A stretch of DNA of 32,000 nucleotides, taken from the NCBI GenBank assembly GCA_050944355.1, contig JBMNQX010000003.1, positions 29,136-61,135 on the forward strand, read 5' to 3'. Origin of the DNA: Lachnospiraceae bacterium (GTDB taxonomy: Bacteria; Bacillota; Clostridia; Lachnospirales; Lachnospiraceae). This document shows, piece by piece, positions 1 to 9,672 of this stretch (the first letter of the stretch is position 1; each line of letters starts with the position of its first letter). The notes beneath the pieces were generated by a model that did no database searches, was not told the origin of the DNA, and worked only from the letters and a program-made list of their open reading frames with translations. The translations under genes and the position numbers were made by a program.

Positions 1-1
1 C

Positions 2-268
2 AAAATCCGGATTCGCCCGGACGGCAGCGCCGGCGGCCACAATGGCGTAAAGAGCGTGATTGCGCGTCTGGGGACGCAGGAGTTCCGGCGCGTCAGAGTC
101 GGCGTCGGAGCCAAGCCGGCCGGATGGGATCTCGCGGACTGGGTTCTGGCCCGGTTTTCGGCCGAAGACGAACGCCTGATGGAGGATTCCAGAAAACGGG
201 CAGCCGAGGCCGCTGTCTCGCTTCTTGACACAGACGTCGCGGCGGTCATGAACCGCTATAACGCGTGA
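2..268 (+). CDS. pth: Peptidyl-tRNA hydrolase, C-terminal part (5' end outside window)
   Basis: Open frame from base 2 reads KIRIRPDGSAGGHNGVKSVIARLGTQEFRRVRVGVGAKPAGWDLADWVLARF, matching Pth motifs GSAGGHNG...LG(T)xxFxRxRxGxG. Located directly upstream of mfd, a common Firmicute order. Confidence 0.93.
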   Translation, partial: KIRIRPDGSAGGHNGVKSVIARLGTQEFRRVRVGVGAKPAGWDLADWVLARFSAEDERLMEDSRKRAAEAAVSLLDTDVAAVMNRYNA

Positions 269-289
269 GGCCGGAAAGAGGAAAGAGTT

Positions 290-3200
290 GTGAGGAATGC
301 GTTTCTGAAACCTGTCGGTGAGATGACAGGTCTGAAAGATCTGCGTGAAATCTACCGGAAAGGGCCGGCCGCGGCTCTCGCTTCCGGCTGCATCGACACG
401 CAGAAATGTGAATTTGTCCATGCCGCTGCCGAAGATTTTCCGGTGCGGCTTTTTGTCACGTCCGGAGAGGTCAAAGCCCGCCGCTACGCGGAAGAGTGCC
501 GTGTGTACGGCTCAGAGGCCATCTACTATCCGGCGCGCGACATTCTGTTCTATGCGGCGGACACCCACGGAAAGCAGACGGAAGGCCAGCGCATCGCCTG
601 TATCGCAAAGATCATGGACAGCTTTTCCGGGCGCCGCAAAGATCCGCGCCCGCTGACGGTCGTCACGACCATCGACGCGCTTGCCGACATGCTCCCGCCG
701 CCCGATAAATTTGAGAAAGCGTCTTTGACGCTGAAAAAAGGACAGATCATTGAGCCGTCGGATCTCACAGATCTCCTTGTGACAAATGGCTACGAGCGCA
801 CCGCCATGGTCGAAGCTCCGGGTGAAATGGCCGTCAGAGGTGATATTCTGGATGTGTATCCGTTTACCGAGGAGACGCCTGTCAGAATCGAATTCTTCGA
901 CGACGAGGTCGAATCCATCCGGCTGTTTGACGTGCAGAGCCAGCGCTCGATTGAAATGCTTGAGGAAATCCGCATCTTTCCGGCAAAAGAGTGCCTGCTT
1001 GACGAGGATGAAATCGCGGCGGGAACGGCGCGCGTAAAAAAGGAATCTGAGGAAATTCAAAAACAGATTCAGGACAAAGGCGCGGGAAATCTTGACGACA
1101 AGGATCTGGAAAGAATCAATCATCTGAGACGTCTGGTCGATGAGATGGAAAGGACGGAAAATTATGCCCGCTTCTTCCCGATGTTTTCGGATAACCCCGG
1201 CTCACTGCTTGAGTTTTTTGATCCGGCGAAGACACTCGTGGCGCTCGACGACGCGGTGCGCCTGAAGGAGACCATGGACGGCGTCTACCGGGAATTCGAG
1301 GAGAGTGCGAAAGTGCGCCTGATAAGCGGCACAATGCTTTCCGGACAGATGGCTCTGCTTCGGACCTGGGGCGATATCGCAAAAGAACTTGCCGCTTACC
1401 GGTGCCTGATTCTGGCCACATTTGATTCTCAGCCGGAAGGATTCCGGGATCTCGTATACGTGCGGGCGGACGCCAGAAGCGTCAGCAATTACGGGAATTC
1501 GTTTGAAGACCTTAAACGGGATCTCGAAGGGTACATAAAACGCAAGTATACCTGTATCGTGGCCTGTGCGAGCCGGTCCCGTGCAGGGCGGCTCGCCGAC
1601 GATCTGGCGGAAGCCGGTCTTCCGGCCGTGTCCGGCGGCGCGGAAACGGATCCGATGCCCGGCAGAATTCTTGTGACATACGGAAATATCAGCGGCGGGT
1701 ATGAATATCCGATGCTGCGTTTTATCGTCATCGCGGAGAGCGACATATTCACAAGAAAGAAAGAACACCGCAGAAAAGCGGCCTCCACGGCAAATGGCGA
1801 GGCACTGACGTCATATCAGGACCTCTCCGTGGGCGACTACGTGGTCCACGAAGATTACGGAATCGGCATCTACAGGGGAATTGTCCGCATCAGCCTCGGC
1901 GGCACCGAAAAAGACTATGTAAAGATCGAGTACGCCAGGGGGGCGGCGGTGCAGGTCCCGGCCACCCAGCTGGACCGCGTGCAGAAATACACGGCCGCGG
2001 ACAGTGCCAGAAAGCCGAAAATCACGGATCTCGGGACGTCTGAGTGGAAACGGGCCAAGACGAGGGCCCGGATGTCGGCGGAAGCCGTGGCGGATGATCT
2101 CGTGAAGCTGTATGCGGAGCGGCTCACGAAAAAGGGATTTGCGTTCAGCCCGGACACGGAGTGGCAGCGGGAATTTGAAGAGATGTTCCCGTACGAAGAG
2201 ACGGGGGACCAGCTGCGCGCGATCGCGGATGTGAAGGCCGACATGGAGAGTCCGCGGATCATGGATCGTCTGATCTGCGGAGACGTCGGTTTCGGCAAGA
2301 CGGAAATCGCGCTGCGGGCGGCGTTCAAGGCCGTTCAGGACGGAAAACAGGTCGCCATGCTGGCGCCTACTACGATCCTGTGCGATCAGCACTACAACAC
2401 ATTTCTGCAGAGAATGGAACATTTCCCGGTGAAGATCGCTGAGCTTTCGAGCTTCCGCACACCGGCGCAGAACAAGGAGACGGTCAGGGCGCTGAAAGAC
2501 GGGAGAGTTGACATCGTCATCGGAACGCACCGGCTGCTCTCGAAAGACGTGGCTTTTAAGGATCTGGGGCTTCTGATCATCGACGAGGAGCAGCGTTTCG
2601 GCGTGCGGCAGAAGGAAAAGATCAAAAATCTGCGGTCCAATGTGGACGTGATCTCGCTCTCTGCGACGCCGATACCGCGTTCGCTGCACATGAGTCTGGC
2701 CGGAATCCGCGACATGAGCGTGCTCGAAGAGCCGCCGGTCGACCGGCTCCCGATTCAGACATTTGTCACGGCTCTGGACCCGGACATGATCCGGGACGCG
2801 ATCCGCCGGGAGATCGGACGAGGCGGACAGGTGTACTTCGTGCACAACCGGGTGAACAACATCATCGACGTGACCGATCAGGTGAGGGCGCTGGTCCCGG
2901 AAGCGAGCGTCGTGTATGCGCACGGGCAGATGGACAAGCGGCAGCTCGAGAAGATCATGGAAGATTTCGTGAACGGCGAGATCGACGTTCTGGTGTCCAC
3001 CACGATCATCGAGTCCGGCGTCGACATCGGCAACTGCAATACGATTATCATCGATGACGCCACGAAACTCGGCCTGTCGCAGCTGTATCAGCTGAGGGGC
3101 CGCGTGGGACGCACGAGCCGGACGTCGTACGCGTTTCTGTTCTACAGCCGGGACAAGATTGTGTCGGATCAGGCGGAGAAGCGCCTGAACGCGATGCGGG

Positions 3201-3856
3201 AGTTCTCGGATCTGGGGAGCGGATACCGCCTGGCCATGAAGGATCTGGAAATCCGGGGCGCCGGCGACGTGCTGGGCACGATGCAGCACGGCATGACGGA
3301 GGCCATTGGGTACGATCTGTACTGCAAGATGCTGAACACGGCCGTTGCCCGCCTGAAGGGCGAGAAGATCCCGTACGAGTTCGAGACGCGTCTGGCGCTG
3401 CCGGTGGATGCGTACATGCCGGAAAATTATATCCGCACCGAGGCGGAGAAGCTGACGATGTACAAGCGGATAGCGCGGCTTTCGGATATGACGGAGCTCT
3501 CGAATCTGGAGGACGAGCTGACGGACCGCTACGGACCGGTGCCCTCTCCGGCCCATCAGCTGCTGCTGTCGGCTCTCGTCAAGGCGAAGGCACACGCCAT
3601 CGGGGCCTGCGAGGTGAGAGGCAAGAGAGACGGACAGTTCTGGATCACACAGCTCACCTTTACGCCGCAGACGACGCCGGACACGGTGAAGGCGCAGAAA
3701 GCGGCCGGCGAGTTCGGGGGATCCCTTCTCTTCGCGCCGGGAAAAGACGGCGGCATTTTCGTGTGGAGAGTTTCGGAGAGTAAAGCGGCAAATGTGCAGG
3801 AATATCTCGAGAGCGTTATTGCGATGATCGAGCGCCTGAACCCGCTCCTGGCCTGA
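290..3856 (+). CDS. mfd: Transcription-repair coupling factor Mfd (1188 aa)
   Basis: CarD-like RNAP-interacting domain (GDYVVHEDYGIGIYRGI), helicase motifs GDVGFGKTEIALRAAFKA, DEEQRFGV, SATPIPRSLHMSLAGIRDMSVLEEPP, TTIIESGVDIGN, QLYQLRGRVGR, and a C-terminal TRCF domain. Start codon GTG at 290 preceded by GGAAAGAGGAAAG. Confidence 0.97.
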   Translation: MRNAFLKPVGEMTGLKDLREIYRKGPAAALASGCIDTQKCEFVHAAAEDFPVRLFVTSGEVKARRYAEECRVYGSEAIYYPARDILFYAADTHGKQTEGQRIACIAKIMDSFSGRRKDPRPLTVVTTIDALADMLPPPDKFEKASLTLKKGQIIEPSDLTDLLVTNGYERTAMVEAPGEMAVRGDILDVYPFTEETPVRIEFFDDEVESIRLFDVQSQRSIEMLEEIRIFPAKECLLDEDEIAAGTARVKKESEEIQKQIQDKGAGNLDDKDLERINHLRRLVDEMERTENYARFFPMFSDNPGSLLEFFDPAKTLVALDDAVRLKETMDGVYREFEESAKVRLISGTMLSGQMALLRTWGDIAKELAAYRCLILATFDSQPEGFRDLVYVRADARSVSNYGNSFEDLKRDLEGYIKRKYTCIVACASRSRAGRLADDLAEAGLPAVSGGAETDPMPGRILVTYGNISGGYEYPMLRFIVIAESDIFTRKKEHRRKAASTANGEALTSYQDLSVGDYVVHEDYGIGIYRGIVRISLGGTEKDYVKIEYARGAAVQVPATQLDRVQKYTAADSARKPKITDLGTSEWKRAKTRARMSAEAVADDLVKLYAERLTKKGFAFSPDTEWQREFEEMFPYEETGDQLRAIADVKADMESPRIMDRLICGDVGFGKTEIALRAAFKAVQDGKQVAMLAPTTILCDQHYNTFLQRMEHFPVKIAELSSFRTPAQNKETVRALKDGRVDIVIGTHRLLSKDVAFKDLGLLIIDEEQRFGVRQKEKIKNLRSNVDVISLSATPIPRSLHMSLAGIRDMSVLEEPPVDRLPIQTFVTALDPDMIRDAIRREIGRGGQVYFVHNRVNNIIDVTDQVRALVPEASVVYAHGQMDKRQLEKIMEDFVNGEIDVLVSTTIIESGVDIGNCNTIIIDDATKLGLSQLYQLRGRVGRTSRTSYAFLFYSRDKIVSDQAEKRLNAMREFSDLGSGYRLAMKDLEIRGAGDVLGTMQHGMTEAIGYDLYCKMLNTAVARLKGEKIPYEFETRLALPVDAYMPENYIRTEAEKLTMYKRIARLSDMTELSNLEDELTDRYGPVPSPAHQLLLSALVKAKAHAIGACEVRGKRDGQFWITQLTFTPQTTPDTVKAQKAAGEFGGSLLFAPGKDGGIFVWRVSESKAANVQEYLESVIAMIERLNPLLA

Positions 3857-3864
3857 TGCGGGCG

Positions 3865-3893
3865 TTGACTAATTCCGATGCGGATACTATAAT
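3865..3893 (+). promoter_or_regulatory. Putative sigma-A promoter for ilvE (TTGACT-N17-TATAAT)
   Basis: -35 TTGACT at 3865-3870, 17-nt spacer, -10 TATAAT at 3888-3893, in the intergenic gap upstream of the ATG at 3982. Confidence 0.8.
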
Positions 3894-3981
3894 TTAGCCT
3901 AATCCGCAGTGGTTTTATTCCACTGGACAAAGGCCGGAAAGTTCCGCCACCGGATACTATTAGGAAAGGAAGAACGGCAGA

Positions 3982-5013
3982 ATGGAAAAAAAGAATCTGG
4001 ACTGGGCGAATCTGGGCTTCGCTTATATGAAGACAGACAAGCGCTATGTCGCCAACTACAAGAACGGCGCATGGGATGAGGGCGGTCTCACAGACGACGC
4101 GATGATCACGATGAGCGAGGACGCCGGCGTACTTCAGTATTCACAGTCTGTATTCGAAGGACTGAAGGCGTACACAACAAAGGACGGCCGTACTGTTACA
4201 TTCAGACCGGACCTGAACGCAGAGAGAATGTACAACTCGGCACAGCGGCTTGAGATTCCGCCGTTCCCGAAGGACAGGTTTGTAAAAGCGGTGCTCGAGG
4301 TCGTAAAGGCCAATGAAGCATGGGTTCCGCCGTATGGTTCCGGCGCCACACTGTATCTCCGTCCTTACGTATTCGGCATCAGCCCTGTCATCGGCGTAAA
4401 GCCGGCTGACGAGTATCAGTTCCGCATTTTTGCGACTCCGGTAGGCCCGTATTTCAAGGGCGGCGCAAAGCCGATCCGCGTGAAGATTTCGGATTTCGAC
4501 CGCGCGGCTCCGAGAGGCACCGGCAACATCAAGGCCGGACTGAACTATGCGATGAGCCTGCATGCCATCGTGCTTGCTCACAAGGAAGGCTTTGCGGAGA
4601 ACATCTATCTGGATCCGGCAACGCGCACGTACATCGAAGAGACCGGCGGCGCCAACATCCTCTTTGCCGATCATGACGGCAATCTGGTTGTTCCGAAGTC
4701 CGACAGCATTCTGCCGTCTGTCACAAGAAGAAGCCTTGAGTATGTCGCAGAGCATTATCTGGGCATGAAGGTCGACGAGAGAAAAGTAAAGCTTTCGGAA
4801 GTGTTCGACGGAGAGTTCACCGAGTGCGGACTCTGCGGAACCGCGGCGGTTATTTCCCCGATCGGTCAGATCAACGACCACGGCAGGGAGTACACGTTCG
4901 AGAGCGGCATGGAAGAGATGGGGCCTGTCATGGGCAAGCTCAGATCCACGCTCCTCGGCATCCAGGAAGGTGAAATTGAGGCACCGGAAGGCTGGATTTA
5001 CGAAGTAAAATAA
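3982..5013 (+). CDS. ilvE: Branched-chain amino acid aminotransferase (343 aa)
   Basis: Fold-type IV PLP aminotransferase motifs: VFEGLKAY, FRPDLNAERM, GLNYAMSLHAIVLAHKEGFAENIYLDPATRTYIEETGGANI, LSEVFDGEFTECGLCGTAAVISPIG. SD AGGAAAGGAAG upstream. Confidence 0.95.
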   Translation: MEKKNLDWANLGFAYMKTDKRYVANYKNGAWDEGGLTDDAMITMSEDAGVLQYSQSVFEGLKAYTTKDGRTVTFRPDLNAERMYNSAQRLEIPPFPKDRFVKAVLEVVKANEAWVPPYGSGATLYLRPYVFGISPVIGVKPADEYQFRIFATPVGPYFKGGAKPIRVKISDFDRAAPRGTGNIKAGLNYAMSLHAIVLAHKEGFAENIYLDPATRTYIEETGGANILFADHDGNLVVPKSDSILPSVTRRSLEYVAEHYLGMKVDERKVKLSEVFDGEFTECGLCGTAAVISPIGQINDHGREYTFESGMEEMGPVMGKLRSTLLGIQEGEIEAPEGWIYEVK

Positions 5014-5040
5014 TACACACGAAATAATGGCTTGTAAGCT

Positions 5041-5079
5041 GCCGCATCCGGGTGTGAAACACCGGATGCGGCTTTTTTG
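5041..5079 (+). terminator. Rho-independent terminator downstream of ilvE
   Basis: GCCGCATCCGG (5041-5051) pairs perfectly with CCGGATGCGGC (5062-5072), followed by a T-rich tail (TTTTTTG). Confidence 0.92.
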
Positions 5080-5187
5080 TGCGAAGACCCCGGAAGCGCC
5101 GCGCCTGCCGGCCGCAGACACGTTTCCCGCGCATGGAATTTATCACAGTGATATGGTAGTATGGTGAATAACGATCAGAGACATCAT

Positions 5188-5217
5188 TTGTCATGGGGAA
5201 AACTGATCAATTTTACT
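5188..5217 (+). promoter_or_regulatory. Weak candidate promoter for the ABC transporter operon
   Basis: TTGTCA (5188-5193), 18-nt spacer, TTTACT (5212-5217). -35 box 5/6 and -10 box 4/6 to consensus; 35 nt upstream of the probable start at 5252. Confidence 0.4.
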
Positions 5218-5251
5218 GCTCTCTCATGTGCGGGGAGCTGAAAGAGGAAGT

Positions 5252-6784
5252 ATGAGACTGAAATACAGAAAATGGACGGTTCCGCTGCTCCTGCTTTTTA
5301 TGGCGGCGGCGCTGATCACGCCGGCACTCAGAACGCAGGCTGACAGCAGCACGGACAACGACGACAACACGTTTATCGTCGGTTTCGACGCGGAATTCCC
5401 GCCGTACGGATATAAGGATGAAAACGGCGAATACGTGGGGTTTGATCTGTCGCTCGCACAGGAGGTGTGCGAGCGGAACGGTTGGACACTGATCAAGCAG
5501 CCAATTGACTGGAACTCGAAGGACATGGAGCTGAATTCCGGTTCGATTGACTGTATCTGGAACGGTTTCACCATGGACGGACGGGAAGACGAGTACACAT
5601 GGTCGAGCGCGTACATCGACAATTCCCAGGTCGTGGCGGTCAGAAGCGACTCTTCGATCAATTCGCTCGATGATCTCGCCGGCAAGACCGTCATCGTTCA
5701 GCAGGATTCTTCCGCCCTGGCCGCGTTCACCGGGGATGACGCGACGGAGGAGAACAAGGCTCTGGCCGCGTCGTTTGCGGAGCTGCAGCAGGTCAGCGAC
5801 TACAACAGCGCGTTCATGAACCTGGAATCCGGCGTCGCGGACGCGGTGTGCCTGGACATCGGCGTGGCCAACTATCAGCTCGCCAACAGCGGCGGCAAGT
5901 TCCGCCTGCTCTCGGAACAGGTTTCAAGTGAACACTACGGCATCGGCTTCAAAAAGGGCAACACGGAGCTGCGCGACAAAGTCCAGGCGACGCTCAACGA
6001 GATGCTCTCGGACGGAACCTTTGCGGAAATTGCGGAAGAATGGGGACTGTCGGATGCCGTGTGCCTCGGCGAGGAGGGCGCTGACGCCGTGATGCGCTCA
6101 GAGACGTCGGGCAGCAGCAGCGGTTTCACATTCGCGGATTTCCTTGACATCATGGGGCAGCTCCTGCAGGGCTTCGGGGCGACGCTGACGATTTTCTTCC
6201 TCACACTGATTTTTTCCCTGCCTCTCGGTCTGCTCGTTACATTCATGCGCATGTCGCGCCATGCGGTACCGCACTGGATCGCGCGCGTGTTCATCTCGAT
6301 TCTGCGGGGCACGCCGCTGATGCTCCAGCTGCTCGTCGTGTTCTTCGGACCGTACTATGTGTTTCGGATCAGCCTGTCAAATGCCTGGCGGTTCTGGGCC
6401 GTGATCATCGGTTTCTCGATCAACTACGCGGCGTATTTCGCCGAAATTTTCCGCGCCGGCATCGAAGGCGTCCCGAGAGGGCAGCGGGAAGCGGCTCAGG
6501 TTCTGGGCTACACGAAGCGCCAGACGTTCACCCGCATCATATTCCCGCAGATGGTCAGACGGGTTATGCCGCCGGTGACGAACGAAGTCATCACGCTGGT
6601 CAAGGATACTTCCCTTGCTTTTGCCCTGGCCTATACCGAGATGTTCACGCTCGCCAAGCAGATCGCGGCGACGCGCTCGAACATCCTGCCTCTGTTTGCG
6701 GCCGGCCTGTTCTACTACATATTCAACTTCCTCGTTGAATTTGTGATGGGACGCATCGAAAAGAAACTCAATTACTTCGAGTGA
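5252..6784 (+). CDS. Polar amino-acid ABC transporter, substrate-binding domain fused to permease (GlnH-GlnP type)
   Basis: N-terminal signal/TM segment, SBP_bac_3-like domain (FIVGFDAEFPPYGYKDENGEYVGFDLSLAQEVCERNGW...), then HisM/GlnP-type permease (GFGATLTIFFLTLIFSLPLG...RGTPLMLQLLV...YAAYFAEIFRAGIEGVPRGQREAAQVLG). ATG at 5252 is favoured over the upstream GTG at 5228 because AAAGAGGAAG sits just before it. Confidence 0.93.
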   Translation: MRLKYRKWTVPLLLLFMAAALITPALRTQADSSTDNDDNTFIVGFDAEFPPYGYKDENGEYVGFDLSLAQEVCERNGWTLIKQPIDWNSKDMELNSGSIDCIWNGFTMDGREDEYTWSSAYIDNSQVVAVRSDSSINSLDDLAGKTVIVQQDSSALAAFTGDDATEENKALAASFAELQQVSDYNSAFMNLESGVADAVCLDIGVANYQLANSGGKFRLLSEQVSSEHYGIGFKKGNTELRDKVQATLNEMLSDGTFAEIAEEWGLSDAVCLGEEGADAVMRSETSGSSSGFTFADFLDIMGQLLQGFGATLTIFFLTLIFSLPLGLLVTFMRMSRHAVPHWIARVFISILRGTPLMLQLLVVFFGPYYVFRISLSNAWRFWAVIIGFSINYAAYFAEIFRAGIEGVPRGQREAAQVLGYTKRQTFTRIIFPQMVRRVMPPVTNEVITLVKDTSLAFALAYTEMFTLAKQIAATRSNILPLFAAGLFYYIFNFLVEFVMGRIEKKLNYFE

Positions 6785-6799
6785 TAAGGAGAGCAGAAA

Positions 6800-7558
6800 A
6801 TGTCAGTATTATCGATCAGTCATCTGAAAAAACAGTTCGACGGAAAAGTCGTGCTCTCCGATATTTCCCTTGACGTAGAGCAGGGCGAAGTCGTGGTCAT
6901 CATCGGCCCTTCAGGGTCCGGAAAATCGACCCTGCTGCGCTGCGCCACGTTCCTGGAGACCATGGACTACGGCAGCCTTTCCTACAACGGAGTCAGCGCC
7001 ATGACAAATGCGCCCGGCGAGCCCTGTGTCTATAAATCGGAGGATGAGCTGCGAAAACTCAAGAGCAATTTCGGACTTGTGTTCCAGGATTTCAATCTGT
7101 TTCCTCACTTTACGGTCATGCAGAATATCTGCGACGCGCCGATTCACGTGCAGAAGCGCGACCCGGAAGAAGTAAAGAAGCAGGCCCAGTCGCTGCTGGA
7201 AAAGGTGGGACTTGCCGATCGCGGCGGCGCATATCCGGGGCAGCTCTCCGGAGGGCAGAAACAGCGCGTCGCCATCGCGAGGGCGTTGTGCATGAACCCG
7301 AAGATGCTGTTTTTTGACGAGCCGACTTCGGCGCTCGACCCGGAGATCACGGCCGGAATTCTGCGCGTCATGAGACAGCTCGCCGCCGAACACATGACCA
7401 TGGTTGTCGTCACCCATGAAATCGACTTTGCCCGCCGGGTGGCGGACCGCGTGATTTTCATGGACGGCGGCGTGATCGTGGAAGAGGGCAGGCCGGAGGA
7501 TGTCATCGACAACCCGAAGAACGCCCGCACCCAGGCATTCCTTCGAAAGCTGTCGTGA
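6800..7558 (+). CDS. Polar amino-acid ABC transporter ATP-binding protein (GlnQ-like)
   Basis: Walker [10 protein letters not shown], signature [15 protein letters not shown], Walker [16 protein letters not shown]-loop VVVTHE. SD GAGCAG upstream. Confidence 0.96.
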   Translation: MSVLSISHLKKQFDGKVVLSDISLDVEQGEVVVIIGPSGSGKSTLLRCATFLETMDYGSLSYNGVSAMTNAPGEPCVYKSEDELRKLKSNFGLVFQDFNLFPHFTVMQNICDAPIHVQKRDPEEVKKQAQSLLEKVGLADRGGAYPGQLSGGQKQRVAIARALCMNPKMLFFDEPTSALDPEITAGILRVMRQLAAEHMTMVVVTHEIDFARRVADRVIFMDGGVIVEEGRPEDVIDNPKNARTQAFLRKLS

Positions 7559-7586
7559 CTTAAGAAGAATTTTGGGAGGCATAGAC

Positions 7587-8564
7587 ATGAAGCTTTTTGT
7601 TTACAGCATGCGGCCATATGATGAGGCGGCCATTTTCAAAAGACTCAGCGGAAAATACAATCTGGAAATTTCGTCAACAGAGCAGACACCGTGCCTGGAA
7701 AATGTTAAAATGGCAACAGGATATGATGTTGTGGACATTATCACGACACCGATGACGGAAGAGATCCTGAGTGCTTTCAAGGCTGTCGGCGTGAAGTGTA
7801 TCGCGACCCGCACAATCGGGTTTGACCACATCGATCTTGATGCCGCGAGAAAGCTGGGTCTCGGCGTGGTTCATGTGACATATTCTCCTTCTACCGTCGC
7901 GGATTACGCGATTATGATGATGCTGATCGGCCTGCGCAAAATACCATTTATCATGCAGAAAGCGCAGGCACAGGATTTTACGCTCAACGGGAGCATCGGC
8001 CGTGAAATCGAGGACTGCACGGTAGGCGTGATCGGAACCGGCCGGATCGGAAAGACGGTCATCCGGCATCTGTCGGGCTTTGGCTGCCGGATTCTGGCTT
8101 ACGACGTATACCCGGACGAGAAGCTGGGTGTGAAGTACGTGAGCCTCGATGAGCTGCTGCGGGAAAGCGACGTGATCACCCTGCACGCGCCCGGCATGGA
8201 CGAGACATTTCACATGATCGGCGAAAAACAGTTTGCCGAGATGAAAGACGGTGTTGTTCTGATCAACTGCGCGAGGGGGTCGCTTGTGGATTCTGACGCC
8301 CTGCTTGGTGCGCTCGACTCGGGAAAAGTCGGGTTTGCCGGTCTTGATGTCGTGGAAAATGAGGCGGGACTCTATTATTTCAACCGCATGGGCGAGCCGC
8401 TGAAGAACCCTGAGCTGGCTCTGCTGAAATCGTATCCGAATGTTCTGGTGACTCCGCATACGGCTTTCTACACGGAGAGGGCCGTGTCAGATATGGCGGA
8501 AAATTCCATCGTGGCTGCGCTCGATTACATACAGGGAAAGGAGAATCCTTTTATTGTGAGCTGA
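7587..8564 (+). CDS. D-lactate dehydrogenase / D-isomer-specific 2-hydroxyacid dehydrogenase (325 aa)
   Basis: TRTIGFDHIDLDAARKLG, NAD-binding VGVIGTGRIGKTVIRHLSGFG, NCARGSLVDSDAL, GLDVVENE, LLKSYPNVLVTPHTAFYTERAV. Start re-assigned to ATG 7587 after GGGAGG; the track's start at 7500 lies inside the previous gene. Confidence 0.92.
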   Translation: MKLFVYSMRPYDEAAIFKRLSGKYNLEISSTEQTPCLENVKMATGYDVVDIITTPMTEEILSAFKAVGVKCIATRTIGFDHIDLDAARKLGLGVVHVTYSPSTVADYAIMMMLIGLRKIPFIMQKAQAQDFTLNGSIGREIEDCTVGVIGTGRIGKTVIRHLSGFGCRILAYDVYPDEKLGVKYVSLDELLRESDVITLHAPGMDETFHMIGEKQFAEMKDGVVLINCARGSLVDSDALLGALDSGKVGFAGLDVVENEAGLYYFNRMGEPLKNPELALLKSYPNVLVTPHTAFYTERAVSDMAENSIVAALDYIQGKENPFIVS

Positions 8565-8648
8565 GAGCGCCGGGCGGAGAAAACCGGACGAATACTTTAC
8601 GGGCACAGAGCGTGCCGGACAAATAAAAAGAAAGGAGAGCTTTTAGAG

Positions 8649-9668
8649 TTGACGGACAAGGGCAGAACAGGAATCCGGGATGTTGCCGAAGCAGCCGGTG
8701 TGTCGCTTTCGTCGGTCTCCCGGTATCTCAACAACGGGTATGTGAGTGAGGAAAAACGGGAAAAGATCCGCAAAGCGATTGAAGAGACCGGGTACGCCGC
8801 ACAGAAGCCGGAACCTGTCAGCCACGGAAGAAAGACCGGGCTGATCGGAGTGATTATTCCGAGACTTCGCTCGGAGACGATTGCGAGCGTCGTGGATGGC
8901 ATTCAGTCGGTTCTCGGAGACAACGGCTACCAGATGCTTCTGACGTGCACCGAGGGCGATGAGGCGCGCGAGGTGAGCTATATCGGTCTTTTCGGGTCCT
9001 ATCCGGTCGACGGAATCATACTGTCCGGAACGGTTCTGACAAAAATGCATCGTATTGCGATGAAAAAGACAAAAATTCCCATCGTCACGGTGGGACAGCA
9101 TTTTGACAACATGTGGTGCGTGTATCACGATGACGTGGAGGCCGGAAGACTTCTGACGGACGATCTGATTCAGGCGGGATGCAGGAAGCCTGCCATGCTG
9201 GCGGTCCGTCAGGATGATATCTCGGCCGGCGCCGACAGACTGAAGGGATACAAAGAGGCGCTTTCTGCCTCCGGTATGAAGTTCAATTCCTCCTATGTGC
9301 GCGAGGTGCCATTTACCACGGAGGGCGGATACATAGCCACGGGCGAACTGATGGTGGAGCATCCGGACATCGACGGATTTTTCTGTGCGACGGATTCGAT
9401 TGCCATCGGCGCCATGCAGAAGCTTGAGGAGATGGGATTCAATATACCGCGCGACGTGAAGGTCTGCGGCGTGGGGCACAGCCGCCTGAGCCGCGTGGTA
9501 AAGCCAAAACTCACGACCGCTCATCTGTTTTACGGGAGGAGCGGTTCCGAGGCTGCCAGAATGCTGCTTTCGCTTATTGACGGGAAAATACCCGAAGAAA
9601 AACAGATCCGGCTGCCGGTAGAACTGGTGAAAGGACAGACAACGGCCGCTGGTCAGGAGGACAGGTAA
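8649..9668 (+). CDS. LacI-family transcriptional regulator, probable sucrose-operon repressor (ScrR-like)
   Basis: N-terminal [45 protein letters not shown] plus periplasmic-binding-like effector domain. Immediately upstream of a sucrose-type PTS gene and GH32 gene. TTG start. Confidence 0.92.
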   Translation: MTDKGRTGIRDVAEAAGVSLSSVSRYLNNGYVSEEKREKIRKAIEETGYAAQKPEPVSHGRKTGLIGVIIPRLRSETIASVVDGIQSVLGDNGYQMLLTCTEGDEAREVSYIGLFGSYPVDGIILSGTVLTKMHRIAMKKTKIPIVTVGQHFDNMWCVYHDDVEAGRLLTDDLIQAGCRKPAMLAVRQDDISAGADRLKGYKEALSASGMKFNSSYVREVPFTTEGGYIATGELMVEHPDIDGFFCATDSIAIGAMQKLEEMGFNIPRDVKVCGVGHSRLSRVVKPKLTTAHLFYGRSGSEAARMLLSLIDGKIPEEKQIRLPVELVKGQTTAAGQEDR

Positions 9669-9672
9669 CAGT

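Noticed and set aside
1811-3595. 594-aa open frame on the minus strand opposite mfd
   Set aside because: The plus strand encodes an unambiguous Mfd with intact motifs. The antisense frame is rich in R/H/D/L with no recognisable domain, typical of a high-GC3 mirror ORF.
7500-7586. Upstream extension of the dehydrogenase ORF as listed in the track
   Set aside because: It overlaps the ABC ATPase gene in a different frame. An SD (GGGAGG) directly precedes the ATG at 7587, and the family N-terminus MKLFVYSMRPYDE starts there.
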